Shown here: positions 1-12,693 of the stretch, piece after piece
Layout: the number at the start of each line of letters is the position of its first letter
Numbering within the stretch: the first letter of the stretch is position 1
DNA from: Callorhinchus milii
Taxonomy: Eukaryota
Reading direction: 5' to 3'
DNA: 64,000 nt
NCBI RefSeq assembly: GCF_018977255.1
Contig: NW_024704743.1
Location: 15,006,001 to 15,070,000 of the forward strand
Translations under genes and position numbers: made by a program
Notes under the pieces: generated by a model
Seen by the model: the letters and a program-made list of their open reading frames with translations, nothing else
Told to the model about the DNA's origin: nothing
Databases searched by the model: none

Positions 1-317
1 GAAACTTTCATTTCATTGAGGAAAAAAGCATTATGATTAACAAGAGACCTAATTATCAGCTGCATTGATAATTCACACAATTGTATCAGGCAGGGTCTCA
101 AAGTGTGAATTTTTCGTAGATTATGAAAAAGAAAGAACTCGCATTTTGATTGCAGCTTATCACATCAAATGTCTCAGAGCACTTCATGAGTAATTACTGT
201 GAAGTACCATGACTGTTTTGTAGACAAGTTCAGTAGCTATTCATACTGGCAAAATCTTGCAAACAGCCATTAAGGAAATGACAGGTCAATCTGGGGAATT
301 GTTGGCCAGGACACCAC

Positions 318-610
318 CAACAACAACAAATGACACTTGTATAACACCCTTCACGTTGGAAAGACATCCCAGGACGCTGGATACTCAGGGTTTTTTGGAC
401 CCGAGCTGGGAGTTCGGGTCAGGAGGAGTAAAGGCCAGAGGGGAGGAGTGGGTGTGGGGGTGTGGGAGGGTGGCTGAAGAGTAAGGTCTTTGAAGGGGGT
501 AAGGCAAAGGGATTGCGGGAGAGGATTTCGGAGCGTGGGGGCAGAGATGCTGAATGCCCGATCACCAATGGTGGGTGGGAAGTGCAGGCGACCTGAAGCA
601 GGCCAGTGTC
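318..610 (-). mobile_element. L2 3' fragment
   Basis: (CAA)n plus hairpin tail and 3' region similar to the other L2 copies. Confidence 0.75.
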
Positions 611-1974
611 CACTGAGCGAAGGGAGCAGACAGGCTGATATGGGGTTAGGAGGAAATCAAGAGAAACTCCCTTCTGTAAGATACATGCTAATAGGGCGGA
701 CCACTTTCAGCAAATTCAGTAGGCAGTAGGAAAAGGCGAGTCTTTCTTTCTGTCGACCTCTAAATTATTACAGGACACTGAAGTGTCAGACAGGGCTGTA
801 GTCCACAGTTTAACCCCACTTGTGGTAACTTCTCTGACATCCCAATTGCACCTCAAACAAACAGCCAAACATCCTTTAATATGGCTGTCAGTTCTGAGGT
901 TTGGAACTGAGGGAAATGTAGCCACCCAAGCCCATCATCCTACACCTCAACCCAAATTTACAGGAGCGCAGGAAAGAGAACGCCAACAAAAGAAATGCAT
1001 TCAAAAAGTATTGTCAACTTGCACTGATCGCTGATTCATTGGGATTACCAATGGCGCTGTGGATCCAGGCCCACCTTTGGAATGAACCCATTCAGCTGTG
1101 GACTGGCTATATGGGAAATTGGGGAATTTCTCAAACAACCCGGTGAAACTCTGGAACACTCTCCCTCAAACTCTCCATCTTACCCCCTCTCTCCCCTTTT
1201 TCAAGTCCCGCCTGAAAACCTTCCTTTTTGACAGTGCTTACGATCACAATCCCAAGTTCTTTCGGGGATCCAGTCCACCACTGGGCCCATTACTTATAAA
1301 TAGAGCACATGCAAATGGGGTCCACGGGTATTTTTGGCATCAGGCCCACAAAAGGTTAATCCAGCCTTGACACTGATCATTAAAACTAACAATCTTGTTG
1401 TTGCATCTTTATAATAGGATTAACGTAGACACGCTTTAAGATGTCCTACCTGATGTGAAAGGCACTATATGAATGTAAATCATATTGTATTGAGATTTTC
1501 TTGTTATAAAAACAAAGTAAAGCAAAAATAATTAATAATAATCATTACATTTGGTAAAGCATCCTCACATTGCGGGTGAACTCAAATCGCTTCACAGGAC
1601 ATATTGTAAAATGTAATAACTGTATTTTTTAGGTGAACAATGTCTGTTTTTAGTGATCAGCATTGGACAGATTTCCCACAGTCTTCAGTGGGGCCTCTCC
1701 AGTGTCTAGTCACAGTAACCAGAGTATGTATCTCCTCGGTTTCCAGTGTTTAATCAAAGCTAGAATCAGAGAGATGGAAGGAGCAATTAAACCCATGTGA
1801 GCCATGTAATTGGTCCTTTGGAATAACAATCTCCCTTGGGTATAATTAACCGTAACATCATGGAAATGAGGTAAATAACTAATCAGCTTTAAACAGAACA
1901 GTTATTGGTATTTCTCACTATAGTAAACACGTCATAACATACAATTCATTACAACGTAGTATGCTCCTTGACTA

Positions 1975-2270
1975 CAAGGCTCCTTCAGAATGAGATGTTA
2001 AACCAAGTTCCTGTCTGCCCATTCAGTTGAGCATTAAAGATTCCTCAGCGCTGTATGAAAAGGGAAAAGAGTTTCTCCCGGGGACCTGATCAACAATCCT
2101 CCAGATAAAAAAATCATTCACTCATACATGGTTGTAGGACATCGCTGTGTGCAAATTGACTGCCGTGCTCATTTACAAAATACAGTCATTACGTTTTACA
2201 GTAAATCAAGTTCAAAGTGCTTATGTTGACACTTCAGATATGATAAGGTGCTACATCAAATGCAAAAATT
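1975..2270 (+). mobile_element. DeuSINE-like fragment
   Basis: atgagatgttaaaccaag...gctgtgtgcaaattgactgccg. Confidence 0.7.
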
Positions 2271-3067
2271 ATAATTATTATATAACATTCGAACAAAATA
2301 TTCCAGATTAACAGGACATTCACCCTAAATCTACATATATAATAGCTGGCATGTCTGACTACAAAAAAGTCATTCATTACTGTATAACACTTTGAGAAAT
2401 GTTTAAGGCATATTTAAAATATAAGTTTTTTTAAAAACAATATAAATGTACAATCTCATCTTATAAAAAAATCATTTTTAATATTATAAGAAAGGTGAAG
2501 TGGTTAAGTTTTCAAACTGTGTTGAATAAATCATTAGGAAAAGTCATGCTACAGAATTCAGGGATGTGATTCTTCCCTTGTTGATACATTTACTGACCGT
2601 AGGCGAGTGCTTTGTTGTCTCTGTTGGTCAGTAAATTTACCGTCCTTGTTGATGTGATCCTATACTGTAGTGGCATTTTCATAAGGTTACATTGTCAAGC
2701 TCAAATGCATTTACTCATTAACATCTAAATTCACCAACAAGAGGAGAATTGCTTCCAAATTAAAGCAGAATTTGACACAAACCAGAAATCTGTTACTCAT
2801 GCACTGGTACCCATGAGTGGGCAAAAAGAAGGGTAACACTTCCATAAGCTTTTGGGAGTAGGACACATTTTTTCATTTCATTTAGATCATTTACAGAACC
2901 CCCTCCCCAATTTTTTGCAAGCATTTCTGGTAGATATGGTTTTATATGTATGGTAATTTAGTTCTATAGCAAAATGAGCTCAGAGGAGGCCGGGACTCTT
3001 TCAAGTCCTAGAGGCAATTGGGCACCATGATATAATTGGCCTCATGATATGATTGGCAAACAATGCA

Positions 3068-3330
3068 GAAAGAAGAACAATTTGCATTTAATATAGCACC
3101 CTTCATGTGAATAGTGTCTCGGAGCGCTTAGCAAAGGTGTGGTTTGACGCCAATCTGGAAAGTGAGGGGAGGTGACCAAAGGCACGGTCAAAGAGGAAAG
3201 ACTTCCAGTGTGATTTGAAGATGGGCAAATAAGGGGCAAGCCAGAGGGATTGAGGCAAGGAGTCCTAGATAATTGAGGCAGCGTAGCTGAAAGCACGCTG
3301 CTAATATTGAAGAAGAGGGAGGTAGGGGAA
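3068..3330 (-). mobile_element. L2 3' fragment
   Basis: aacaatttgcatttaatatagcacc tail; caaaggcacggtcaaagaggaa motif. Confidence 0.7.
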
Positions 3331-5289
3331 GAGGGATTCAGCTCTCTTTAAGATAACTGCCAATTATTTTTTACAAATGCTTTAACATTTTAGCAAATTG
3401 GCATAAACCACCAGATATGCTTTGTTACCTGTGTGATTTGAAAACTCATTTAGCTTTTGATACCTTGAAACTAGTGAGGTGGCAGCCACAATGATGAGTA
3501 TTTCACACCTGCAACAGCAACTGGAGAAGCCAATGGAGCAGAGGAATTAGCAACATGTCCAAGTATTCAAAATGTAGGAGGTGAGGAAGCAATGTGTAAA
3601 TGTGATAGACTGATTTGAGAGAATATGTCCTTCTCCCTCAGGCAGAACAAATCGTAGGATTTAGAGACCACTCCTACCCAGCCTTTTACTTTTCTCAAAT
3701 AACTTTTAGACTAAACAAGACCACAAACAATATTTGGATGAATACGGCCTTCAGACCATTTGATCTTGTAATAATAATCTTTGCATTTGATATAGCGCTT
3801 TATCACGTCTTTTAGACATCTCAAAGCACTTCACAGAATATACTGTAAAGTGAATTGACTATTTATACAAACAGTCATGGATTGAGTGACCAAATCTTTT
3901 TTAAAACGGATCATGAGCCCCAGAAAAGCAATCCACCAATCAAATAACAACCGGGTTCCTGTTTACTCCTGCAGAATTCCCACCTCACTTTTTCCCAATA
4001 CTGCATCCACCATATTATAATTAATTCCACATAGAGACATGGACGTTACAGTTGTCAGTGGAGCCTCATGCAAAGTTTAATGTGTTTGCTGTTCTTGCAC
4101 AGTAGGGCCAAACCCTTATCAGGTTAATAACTGACAAAGGTTTGTTTCACTGGAAAGGATTTGTTTTTAAAGTTATTGATCTTCAAACATGTTACACTAA
4201 TAGCACACAGCATTATTTATTCAGCTTTCCTAAGATATTATGTTAAAGCTACTGTATAAGCACAGATCAATTAGATAGTTCACAATTCATTGGTCATTGA
4301 TGGAAAAAGTTGACTTGTATTGCCTTGAGCAGTCAATTTTTGTTGACTTATCATACTGTTGCACTGCATGACTTCAACAACATTTGCCAGTACGTGGTCA
4401 CAGGAACCACAGCCTCAAAATTACCAGCATAAATCTCTTTCTCTCCATTTCAAACCAAATACCTTAAGCCTTATATATACACCTAGTGAAGAAATGTTCC
4501 AGCTTAGAGTCATATCTCTGTTGGTAGTGTTACTCCATAGATCACATGGAAAAATCAGATAGCATAAAAGTTACAATATATTCTTTCGGAGTAAATTCAC
4601 ACTATATGAATTCTACTCCCATGAAACAATTACACTGATATATGATAGTGTGAAAGTTGCAAGGTGTAATGAAAATTGTGGTTGAGGGCAGTAATTATTG
4701 GCTGGTGGTACCCTTCCCCTCCCCCGATTTCAGTCCAATAGTTGAGCCTGAAGTTAGCCAAAGACACCGCTGGAGTCGCTTCCATACATTGTGGAAGCTT
4801 TTGTGGGATGTCAGAGTAACTCAACAAAAAAATGGAGTCAGTCCGTGTCCCTCCAAGTGGCACTCAAATGCCAAATGTCATTATTTTGCCTTACGTAGTT
4901 CCATTACATAATTGCTTTAGGCTGAACCACTGATAATTATCACATCCTTGCAGTTTTTATTCTTTAATGATTTGTGAAATAATATTTAGGGCCGCTACTT
5001 TTCATTTTGACAAGTTAAGCTTCCCCCTTTCCCCTTTATTGTTAACTCTGGGAAATTTCCAACTGCGTGCGTAGGCTGATTGTTTGCATTTCCATTCACC
5101 GACTGTGACAAATATTATATACATTAATAAAGCTAATCAAATGTCACAAGTAGCTTTATGAATGCAACATTAAATCTACGCAACTAAGATAATCACTTAT
5201 AAAGTAATTTCAGCAATTTCAGCGCTATATAAATCCAAGTTGTTGCTGTTGTTGTTGAGATCGAAGCCAGCCAATCGGATGCAATGGGT

Positions 5290-5700
5290 GGTGGAGTGGG
5301 GAAATCAGATAGGAAGAGAGGTGCGAGGGTATGAAAGGATTTAAAAATAAGTGAGAGGATCCTGAAGTTGGTCATTTGGTGATTGGGAGCCGGTGGAGCC
5401 TGGCAAGAATTGGTATGATGGAGGTACAGAGCTTTGTGCAGGTGAGTATCTGGGCGGCAGAGTTTTCAATTAATTGGATTTTGTGTATGGTGGAGCTGGG
5501 GAGATCATTGGAATAATCCAGCTGGGAAGTGACAAAGGCTTGGATGAGGGTTTCAACTGCGTCGGTTGTGATATACGAATGGAGGTAGGCAATGTGGCGG
5601 AGGTGGAAAAAAGCGGTCCTGGTCAGTGAACAGAAGTATGGTAGAAAGGAAAGTTGGGGATCAAACCTAACACCTAAGTTGTGCATAGTGGAGCTGAGTC
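5290..5700 (-). mobile_element. L2 LINE fragment
   Basis: [13 protein letters not shown]...ETLIQAFVTSQLDY...LARLHRLP. Confidence 0.85.
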
Positions 5701-7509
5701 AATTTTGACTTTTTAATCACCAGTCATTGGAGACCAGTTTAAGTCTCGTACCTAGTGTGAGTCATCAGGAGTGATTTTCAGAGCAAGGACTTTGTAGAGA
5801 ATTTGATTTCATTGTTCTAATGGTTGCCTGATCCTCCCTCTCTGTCAAAGGTGTCCACCTTTTGACCAATGGTAGTTTGGTCTTAGAATTGGTTCATGAA
5901 ATGTACATCAGCAACTTCCTGTACCTGTAAGATCATCACCATTGATGCTTGTATTTCTAGTGGAAAATCAACAAATGGTGATGCCCAAAGGGTGATCAAA
6001 CATATCATTTGGTGCATTGTTGAATGTTATTTGAGAAGTTGCTCAATGCTATCTCTAAACAGACAATTGTCATTGGAGAGCAAGTCTTCTGAGTATCATG
6101 AACCACTATGTACTGTGGAAAGAAATACGTTTACAACTAATTATCAGATCAAAAACATCTCAAGTAACTTCACAGAAATTCAGGTTAAATGTAATGACTG
6201 ATTATACAACAACAACTTGCATTTATATAGCATCTCTCACACAGGGTAAAATTCCAGAGCATGTGCTATATGGGCAAACATGACAATTCTTTGTAACACC
6301 AAGTCCTACAAAGAATCATGAAGTAGGTGACCAATTATTCTGGATGATTAGCCAAGACACCAAGAGAAACTCCCTTTCTTTTCAAATGGCTTCATGGGAT
6401 CTTTAACATCTACCTAATACAGGCAGATGGTAAACTTTCCAACAATATCCTACCTGAAGGATACACCAATGAGAGTTGCTGTTGTTGTAAATGCAAGAAA
6501 GCCCCTAACTCAGATGATATCAAGCCCTGTATATGTGGTTAATAAATGGCATGGAGAATAGCCTCAGGTATTGATACTGAAATCAATGTTGATATGAACT
6601 GGAAGTTAAGTAATCAAGTAATTTTCCCTTGTTAAACACTATAGAGTAGGCCTGCCTTTCTTTTACAGGACTCTTAATCTGATCTTGAACTGCTGCAATG
6701 TGTTAATGAGTGTACAGGATATGATTGCGGTTCCTGTTTAAACGGATTTATAATATCATCAGATAATGGCCCAGCTGTTTGAGCTTTTCTTCCTAATGAT
6801 GATGGACCCAGATCTGTCTGTAAGAGAGAAAAATATTAACAGCCTCCTGAGAAATAATAGCTTCAGTATATTCAGCTACCAAGATATCATCTAATTTAGG
6901 ATTCGTCTAAACTGTCAGTGAGACTCTAAAGGTGTATATAAGAGGAAAGTAATGAGTTGCATTGAACATCTGCCCAGAACAAGTGAAACTGAAATTGTAT
7001 AACCTGAAATAAAAAAGTTATAAACACATTAGTTGCGATTAGGCTGCGGAAGTTAGGAATGGAAAATTACAACTATTTATGTAATGACAAGAGTTTCTGC
7101 ATCGTACACTTTGACACATATATATGAGACAACAGAGTTAGAAAGTTATTGATCATGCACGTGCTATTCTGGTGGAAGTGACTTATTGTCCAATTAAGAA
7201 CAAAAGGAATATATTGGGTTTCAATTCAGAGAATGGAAGAGAGTGAAACAGGAGGTGTATTAGTGCCCGAGGGCTTTTAGCCTGAGGTATATTGTTCAAT
7301 AAGTTTCAGATTTGGTGCCCTCACCCCTAGCAACAAACTGTGGCAAAGCAGCAGAGAGTTTGTTCAGTTTCATATCCCTATTGTCCAATGGTTCTCAGGA
7401 GCCCTGGAGTCCAGTAGGTTCCGTGACATGTCTTATTGCCAAGATTGCAGATGTCATACACAAGATCATTGCGTATCATCATGTCATATGCAAGATGTCA
7501 TTGCAAATG

Positions 7510-7755
7510 GGCAAATGAGGGAAGTTAGGAGAATTTTTTCACACATGGTATGGTTAGGATATGGAATGTCCTGCAGTGGTTGAGGCAGAATCCATAATCG
7601 CTTTCTAAAGGGAACTAGACAAATATCTAAAATGGAGTGAGCTACAGGGGTATGGAGAAATAGCAGATAAATGGGACTGAAAGGATTGCTCTTAAAAGTG
7701 CCAGCACTGACACGATGGGCCAAATGGCTTTCTTCTGTGCTGTACATTTCTATGG
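7510..7755 (+). mobile_element. CR1 3' fragment
   Basis: gaagttaggagaattttttcacaca...gatgggccaaatggctttcttctgtgctg...ttctatg. Confidence 0.8.
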
Positions 7756-7884
7756 CAGAACATCATTCATCACAGGCGGTCTTCAGAGGTCAGGAGGTTG
7801 TGTGAGTAAGAATTTCGTCTTGGTTTGAGGCCTCTGGAAACAGAAAAACACGGCATAAAAAACAGTATCACTTAATGCAGCAAC

Positions 7885-8100
7885 TACAACAACAACGTTT
7901 ACTTATATGGTACCTTCATGCCAGTAGTGTCTAAAAGAGTTTAACAGTGGCATGGTTTGACACCAAGGTGAAAAAGGAGAGGAGGTAACAGAAGGCTTGG
8001 TCAAAGAGGTGAGATTTGAAGGTAGACAGAGAGGGGACAAGATGGAGGGATTGAGGCAAAGAGTTCCAGAGATTTAGATCACGGTGGCTGAATGCATGTC
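7885..8100 (-). mobile_element. Decayed L2 3' fragment
   Basis: (CAA)n tail; gagggattgaggcaaagagttccaga motif. Confidence 0.65.
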
Positions 8101-8617
8101 TATCTGACCTGACCTTTAAAACAGTGAGATCAGAAGTGGAATGTGCGTCATCCAGGAACTCGAGCGTTTAGAGCACCTTGTGAACCTTTCCACATTACCA
8201 AACACCACCTTGTCATTCTCACTGGCTTTATTATAATTAATGAGCAGTTTGGAGAATACTGCCAGGCTTTATATTCCATACAATGCAGTCGAAAAAAAAA
8301 AGTTAAGCGTATTATTCACATAATTTCCAAAACAAAACAACAGAATAATCTCCAATTAGAAGCAACAGTCTGGAGCTCTCAGTTCAATACCATTATTAAT
8401 CCCACATCAACAGAGAAGACATCTGGAAGAGACTTTCTGCAAAATATTATTATTAGTAATAATATAATGTCGGGCCTCAATGTTCGAATCAATCACATTT
8501 AGAGAGATCGACCATTAAATATTATACTTTAAGAATGATTTTTCAAAAATTTCAGTTTCATAAAAAAGATTTATTGAACTACAACATCTACTGTCTAAAT
8601 ATGAATTGCAGATATTG

Positions 8618-9346
8618 CACTGGCCTGCTCCAATGTCCCACACCCTGCCCTCTCCAACATCGGTGGTCAGGCTTTCAGCCTTTCCAGCTCCACCCTCTGG
8701 AACTCCATCCACCTCCACGTCCTCGCCACCCCCCCACCCGCCTTGCCTCCTTGAAGCCCCATCTCAAGACCTTCCTCTTTGACCGTGCCTTTGGTAACTC
8801 TCCCTGCTTGCCAGATTCCCCAAACCTTCTCTCCTCAACCATCAGTTTATTCAGAACTCTGCACTTGCCTCCTCTCCCATACCAAGCTCGGTGAACCGAT
8901 CACCCCTATCCTCATGCAGCTGCACTGGCTCCCCATCCCCCAGAGGATTGAGTTTAAAATCCTCATCCTCACTTTGAAAATCCTCCACAAGCTTGCTCCT
9001 GCCTACCTCTGTGACCATACCAACCTTCCCGCTCCCTCCGTTCAGCAGGGACTGGTCTACTCCATGTCCCCTGCCCTGTCCATCCCACCGTCAGGCCTTC
9101 AGCCTTTCTGCCCTCACCCTCTGGAACTCCATTCCCAAATTTCTCTGTTTCACCCCCCTCTCCTTTGCCTCCTTCAAGGCCCATCTCGACCCTCTTCTTT
9201 GACCGGCCTTCGCTCAACCCCACACATTTCTTGCCCTCCACCCTTCTTGCTTATGACCCCCAGCTCGGGTGAAAAACCCTTAACTGACCAGCACCCTGGG
9301 ATGTCCTTCTGACGTGAAAGCACTGTATAAATGCAATTTGTTGTTG
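8618..9346 (+). mobile_element. Two tandem L2 3' fragments
   Basis: LKPHLKTFLFDRAF, then [25 protein letters not shown]; hairpin tail and (TTG)n. Confidence 0.85.
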
Positions 9347-9689
9347 TAGTTTAGCAAAGAAGTTTCAGAAGTGTTGTTGCACCTAACCGGTACTGATCGT
9401 TTCGATTTACAGATGAATTTAATTGACAATATTTCATCGAATGCTTCCCAGTCTCACTCTGTGAGCTCTGACCCTTGCAGCACATCGCCAGCTTGAGCTT
9501 TGCGTCACTCAGCACTGCACAGAGACAAGAAAGCCTCAGAGAAAATCCTGCCACATGTGGAGTTAAAACCCAAACAGAACTCTCACTGTGGGTGGAAGAG
9601 GTTAACTACCAGTTACTCTTCGGGCAGGTTCCTGACAGTTAGCTCACCCTTTGGGGTTTGGATCGTTTAGGGCTGTCTCAATCTGAACC

Positions 9690-10019
9690 TACCTCTGATT
9701 TATTCACCTCCGTACCTCTCCGATCTACCGTCCGCAGCCACCACTTGACTGGCTCCGGCCTCTTGCTTGACCCTCACGCCCACCATTCCATCATCGAGCG
9801 CCACTAAGCTCCGAAACTCTGGAACTCTTTCCCTCAATCCTTCCGCCATGCCCCCTAGTTCCCCCTCTTCAGGTCACCCCTGAAAACTTTCTTCTTCTAC
9901 CATGCCTACTATCATCTGCCCCTACCTCTGGCTCAGCATCGTGCCCCGCCACTGTCAAGCGCTCTGGGACACTACTCTGGGTGAGAGCTGCTATATAAAT
10001 GCAAATCTTGTTGTTGTTG
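9690..10019 (+). mobile_element. L2 3' fragment with B-type tail
   Basis: aaactctggaactc...ctgaaaac; gcgctctgggacac...gctatataaatgcaaatcttgttgttg. Confidence 0.75.
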
Positions 10020-10055
10020 CTATTTGTGAAGGGATGGAGCCACTGAGCCTTGTCA

Positions 10056-10357
10056 TCGCTTTGCAAGCGAGAGACCTGAGTTCAATTCCAGGCAGGTCAG
10101 GGCGAAACCTTGGGCAATTTTCCTTACTCCACACGCCTAATAATAATCCCTCCAAAAACAAAAACAATAATAAAAATTGGTCATTTTCAATCTACGACTG
10201 TTTGTGGGACATTGCTGTGCGCAATTGGCTGCCGCGTTCGCCCTCAAATATACAGTCAATTCACTTTACAGTATATTCTGTGAAGCGCTTTGGGACGTCC
10301 TCCCGACGTGAAAAGCGCTATATCAAATGCAAGGATTATTATTATTATTATTATTAT
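10056..10357 (+). mobile_element. tRNA-Ala-derived SINE (short-body), lacking A box
   Basis: Near-identical body and tail to the 28307 copy. Confidence 0.86.
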
Positions 10358-11142
10358 CGGCCTTCTAGTGGTTGGGATTGGTATTGCATCAGAGTTTGAT
10401 AAACTTTCAGGGAGAATGCCAAACCTGGAATTCAGACTACCTTGGTTCTGCTCCACTCTAGCCCAGCTCCCACCAGTGTCTTCTGTGATTGGCCTTTGTA
10501 TAACTCACTCACTTTGCATTCCCTGAGGCTCAACCTGATTCCCTTTCAGCCTTGAACCAGCTCCCGTTTCCCGCCACCATCCCCACCCCATTCCTGATCT
10601 AATGGCTTTTGCCAAGGAATCAGCATCATTCAAGTGTCACCATGCAGTTCTGACTTCAAGGCACAAAATAAGCTATGTTGTGCTCGGTGATGACTGCACT
10701 TGTTGCATAAGTGACACTTGATGTGAAACTTGCCTTTTGATAAGTTGTGAAACACTTAACAAAGTGATTGTCGTAGTTACTGTTATTACCAGGTCTGAAA
10801 ACCCATTCAGTTGACTCACAGAGAAGAGACGCTGCAAGCCACATCAAAACGCTGGAAATTTTACAGGGTGAACTTGGTATGAGTAAAAATATCTCAGCAC
10901 ATTCTTCTTTTATGTCTTTTTGACCCAAGGTTTACATGTGGGCTAAACCCCTCCCTTCCAACCCCATCGTGTGTGAATTTTTTTATTCTGAAGAAGCAGA
11001 GAAATCGGAAAGATTGGAGCGAGAGGACAGGTGAGAAAAACACAGAAGAAAGTAGCAGAAAAGGAAAAGAGAGAAACAGCAGAGTAAGAAAAGAAACACA
11101 AACAGAAGCACACATTTTTGTTGGTTTTATTCTTAAGGCTGT

Positions 11143-11803
11143 TGTGTCAACTTGACTCGGTTGGCAGGATTCTCGTCTCTGAGTCAGAAGGTTGTGGGTT
11201 CAAGCCCATAACAACAAAAGAAATGCTGGACGAGAAAAAACCAACGGCCATCTAGTTCCCCTTCCTGGTGGTCGCATGCACATGTGTCCCAAACTACCTA
11301 TGTACTATATCCCATAATGTTATTTCCTAAAAGAAACTTATCTAATCTGTGTTTGAAAGAATCAACACTTCCTGCTTCAACCGTCTCCCTAGGGAGCCTG
11401 TTCCACAGGTTCACTATTCGCTCATTGAAATAGTGTTTGCCTTGATTTGTTCTGAATTTACCCCATTTCAATCGAAGCCCACTGACACTCCAATACAATA
11501 CTGGATTATCGGAGGTGCCATTTTATGGATGAGACGTAAAACCGAGATCTTGTCTGCATGACCAGGTGGACGTTAAAGATCCCATGGCGAAAATTCCATA
11601 AGAGAACAGAGTTTCTCCCAATGTTCTGGCCAACATTCCTATGAATAAAATTTGTCATTCATCTTTGGCCATTGGTGGGATGTTGCTGTACACAAAAATA
11701 GCTGCTGCATTTGGCCCACAAAACACACAGTCAATCCACTTTACAGTGTATCCTGTGAAGCACTTTGAGATGTCTGAGTGACATGATAGGGCGCTATATA
11801 AAG
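11143..11803 (+). mobile_element. DeuSINE-like element split by CR1 insertion
   Basis: Head ctctgagtcagaaggttgtgggttcaagccc; resumes ggaggtgcc...ggatgagacgtaaaaccgag...caggtggacgttaaagatcccatggc. Confidence 0.8.
11209..11474 (-). mobile_element. CR1 3' fragment nested in a DeuSINE-like element
   Basis: KFRTNQGKHYFNERIVNLWNRLPRETVEAGSVDSFKHRLDKFL. Confidence 0.85.
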
Positions 11804-11924
11804 AATTCTCATTGGGTTTTTTTAAATTTAAGATCATGTATAATTTTGTAAAACTCAGTCCATTTTGAAGCTGATTTTCTGCAGTTTTTTTTGTACTTAA
11901 CCTTTGTTTAAGCCTCCTGTGGAT

Positions 11925-12693
11925 CTGAACGCCTCAACCACCCTGGGCTCTCCCTCAGACTCATCAAACCAGTGCGCAATCTAGGCATCCGGTTCGACCT
12001 CCAGCTGTCCTTCCTCCCCCACATCCAGTCCCTGACCAGGTCCGCTTTCTTCCACCTCCACCACATGGCCTACCTCCAACTTTACCTTACCCCAGATGCA
12101 GCCGAAACCCTTGTGCACGCGTTGGTCACCTCCCGCCTGAATTACTCCACTGGAATCCTCGCCAGTCTCCCCAGCTCCACTATTCAAAAGATTCAGAACT
12201 CTATTTACCCGGACCAAACTTCATACCCACATCTCACCAGTTCTGGTCAGGCTCCACAGGCTCCCCATCACCGAACAGATCGACTTCAAGATCCTCACGC
12301 TCGTGTTCAAATCCATTCACTGGCACCTCCCTGCATCTCCGAACTCCTCACTCTCCAATCCACCACCCAGCACCTTCGCTCGATTGGCACCGGCCTCCTG
12401 CTTGTCCCTCGCACCCTCCTCCCCACATTGGAGGTCGCGTTTTCAGCCATTACGCCCCAGAACTCTGAGACATACTCTCCCTCAATCCCTCTGCCTTGTA
12501 CCCTCTCTCCCTTTTTTCAAGTCTCGTCTGAAAACCTTCCTCTTCGACCGTGCTTATGGCACCTCCCCACTCCCCCGCTCAACCTGGCTCAAAGTCAGGT
12601 TCCACTGCCCTGAGACTCTAAGCACTCTGAGACACTACCCTGTGTGGAGGGTGCTATGTAAGTGCAACTTGTAAGTGCAAGTTCTTGTTGTTG
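11925..12693 (+). mobile_element. L2 LINE 3' fragment with B-type hairpin tail
   Basis: RNLGIRFD...AAETLVHALVTSRLNY; FKSRLKTFLF; (TTG)n tail. Confidence 0.88.

Noticed and set aside
9902..10526. ORFs with poly-Tyr or poly-Ile and a TM-like stretch
   Set aside because: Translation of the SINE (TTA)n tail
11972..12613. 213-aa ORF (likewise 51767..52429, 22221..22769, 8779..9312)
   Set aside because: Frameshifted L2 ORF2 fragments, not host genes
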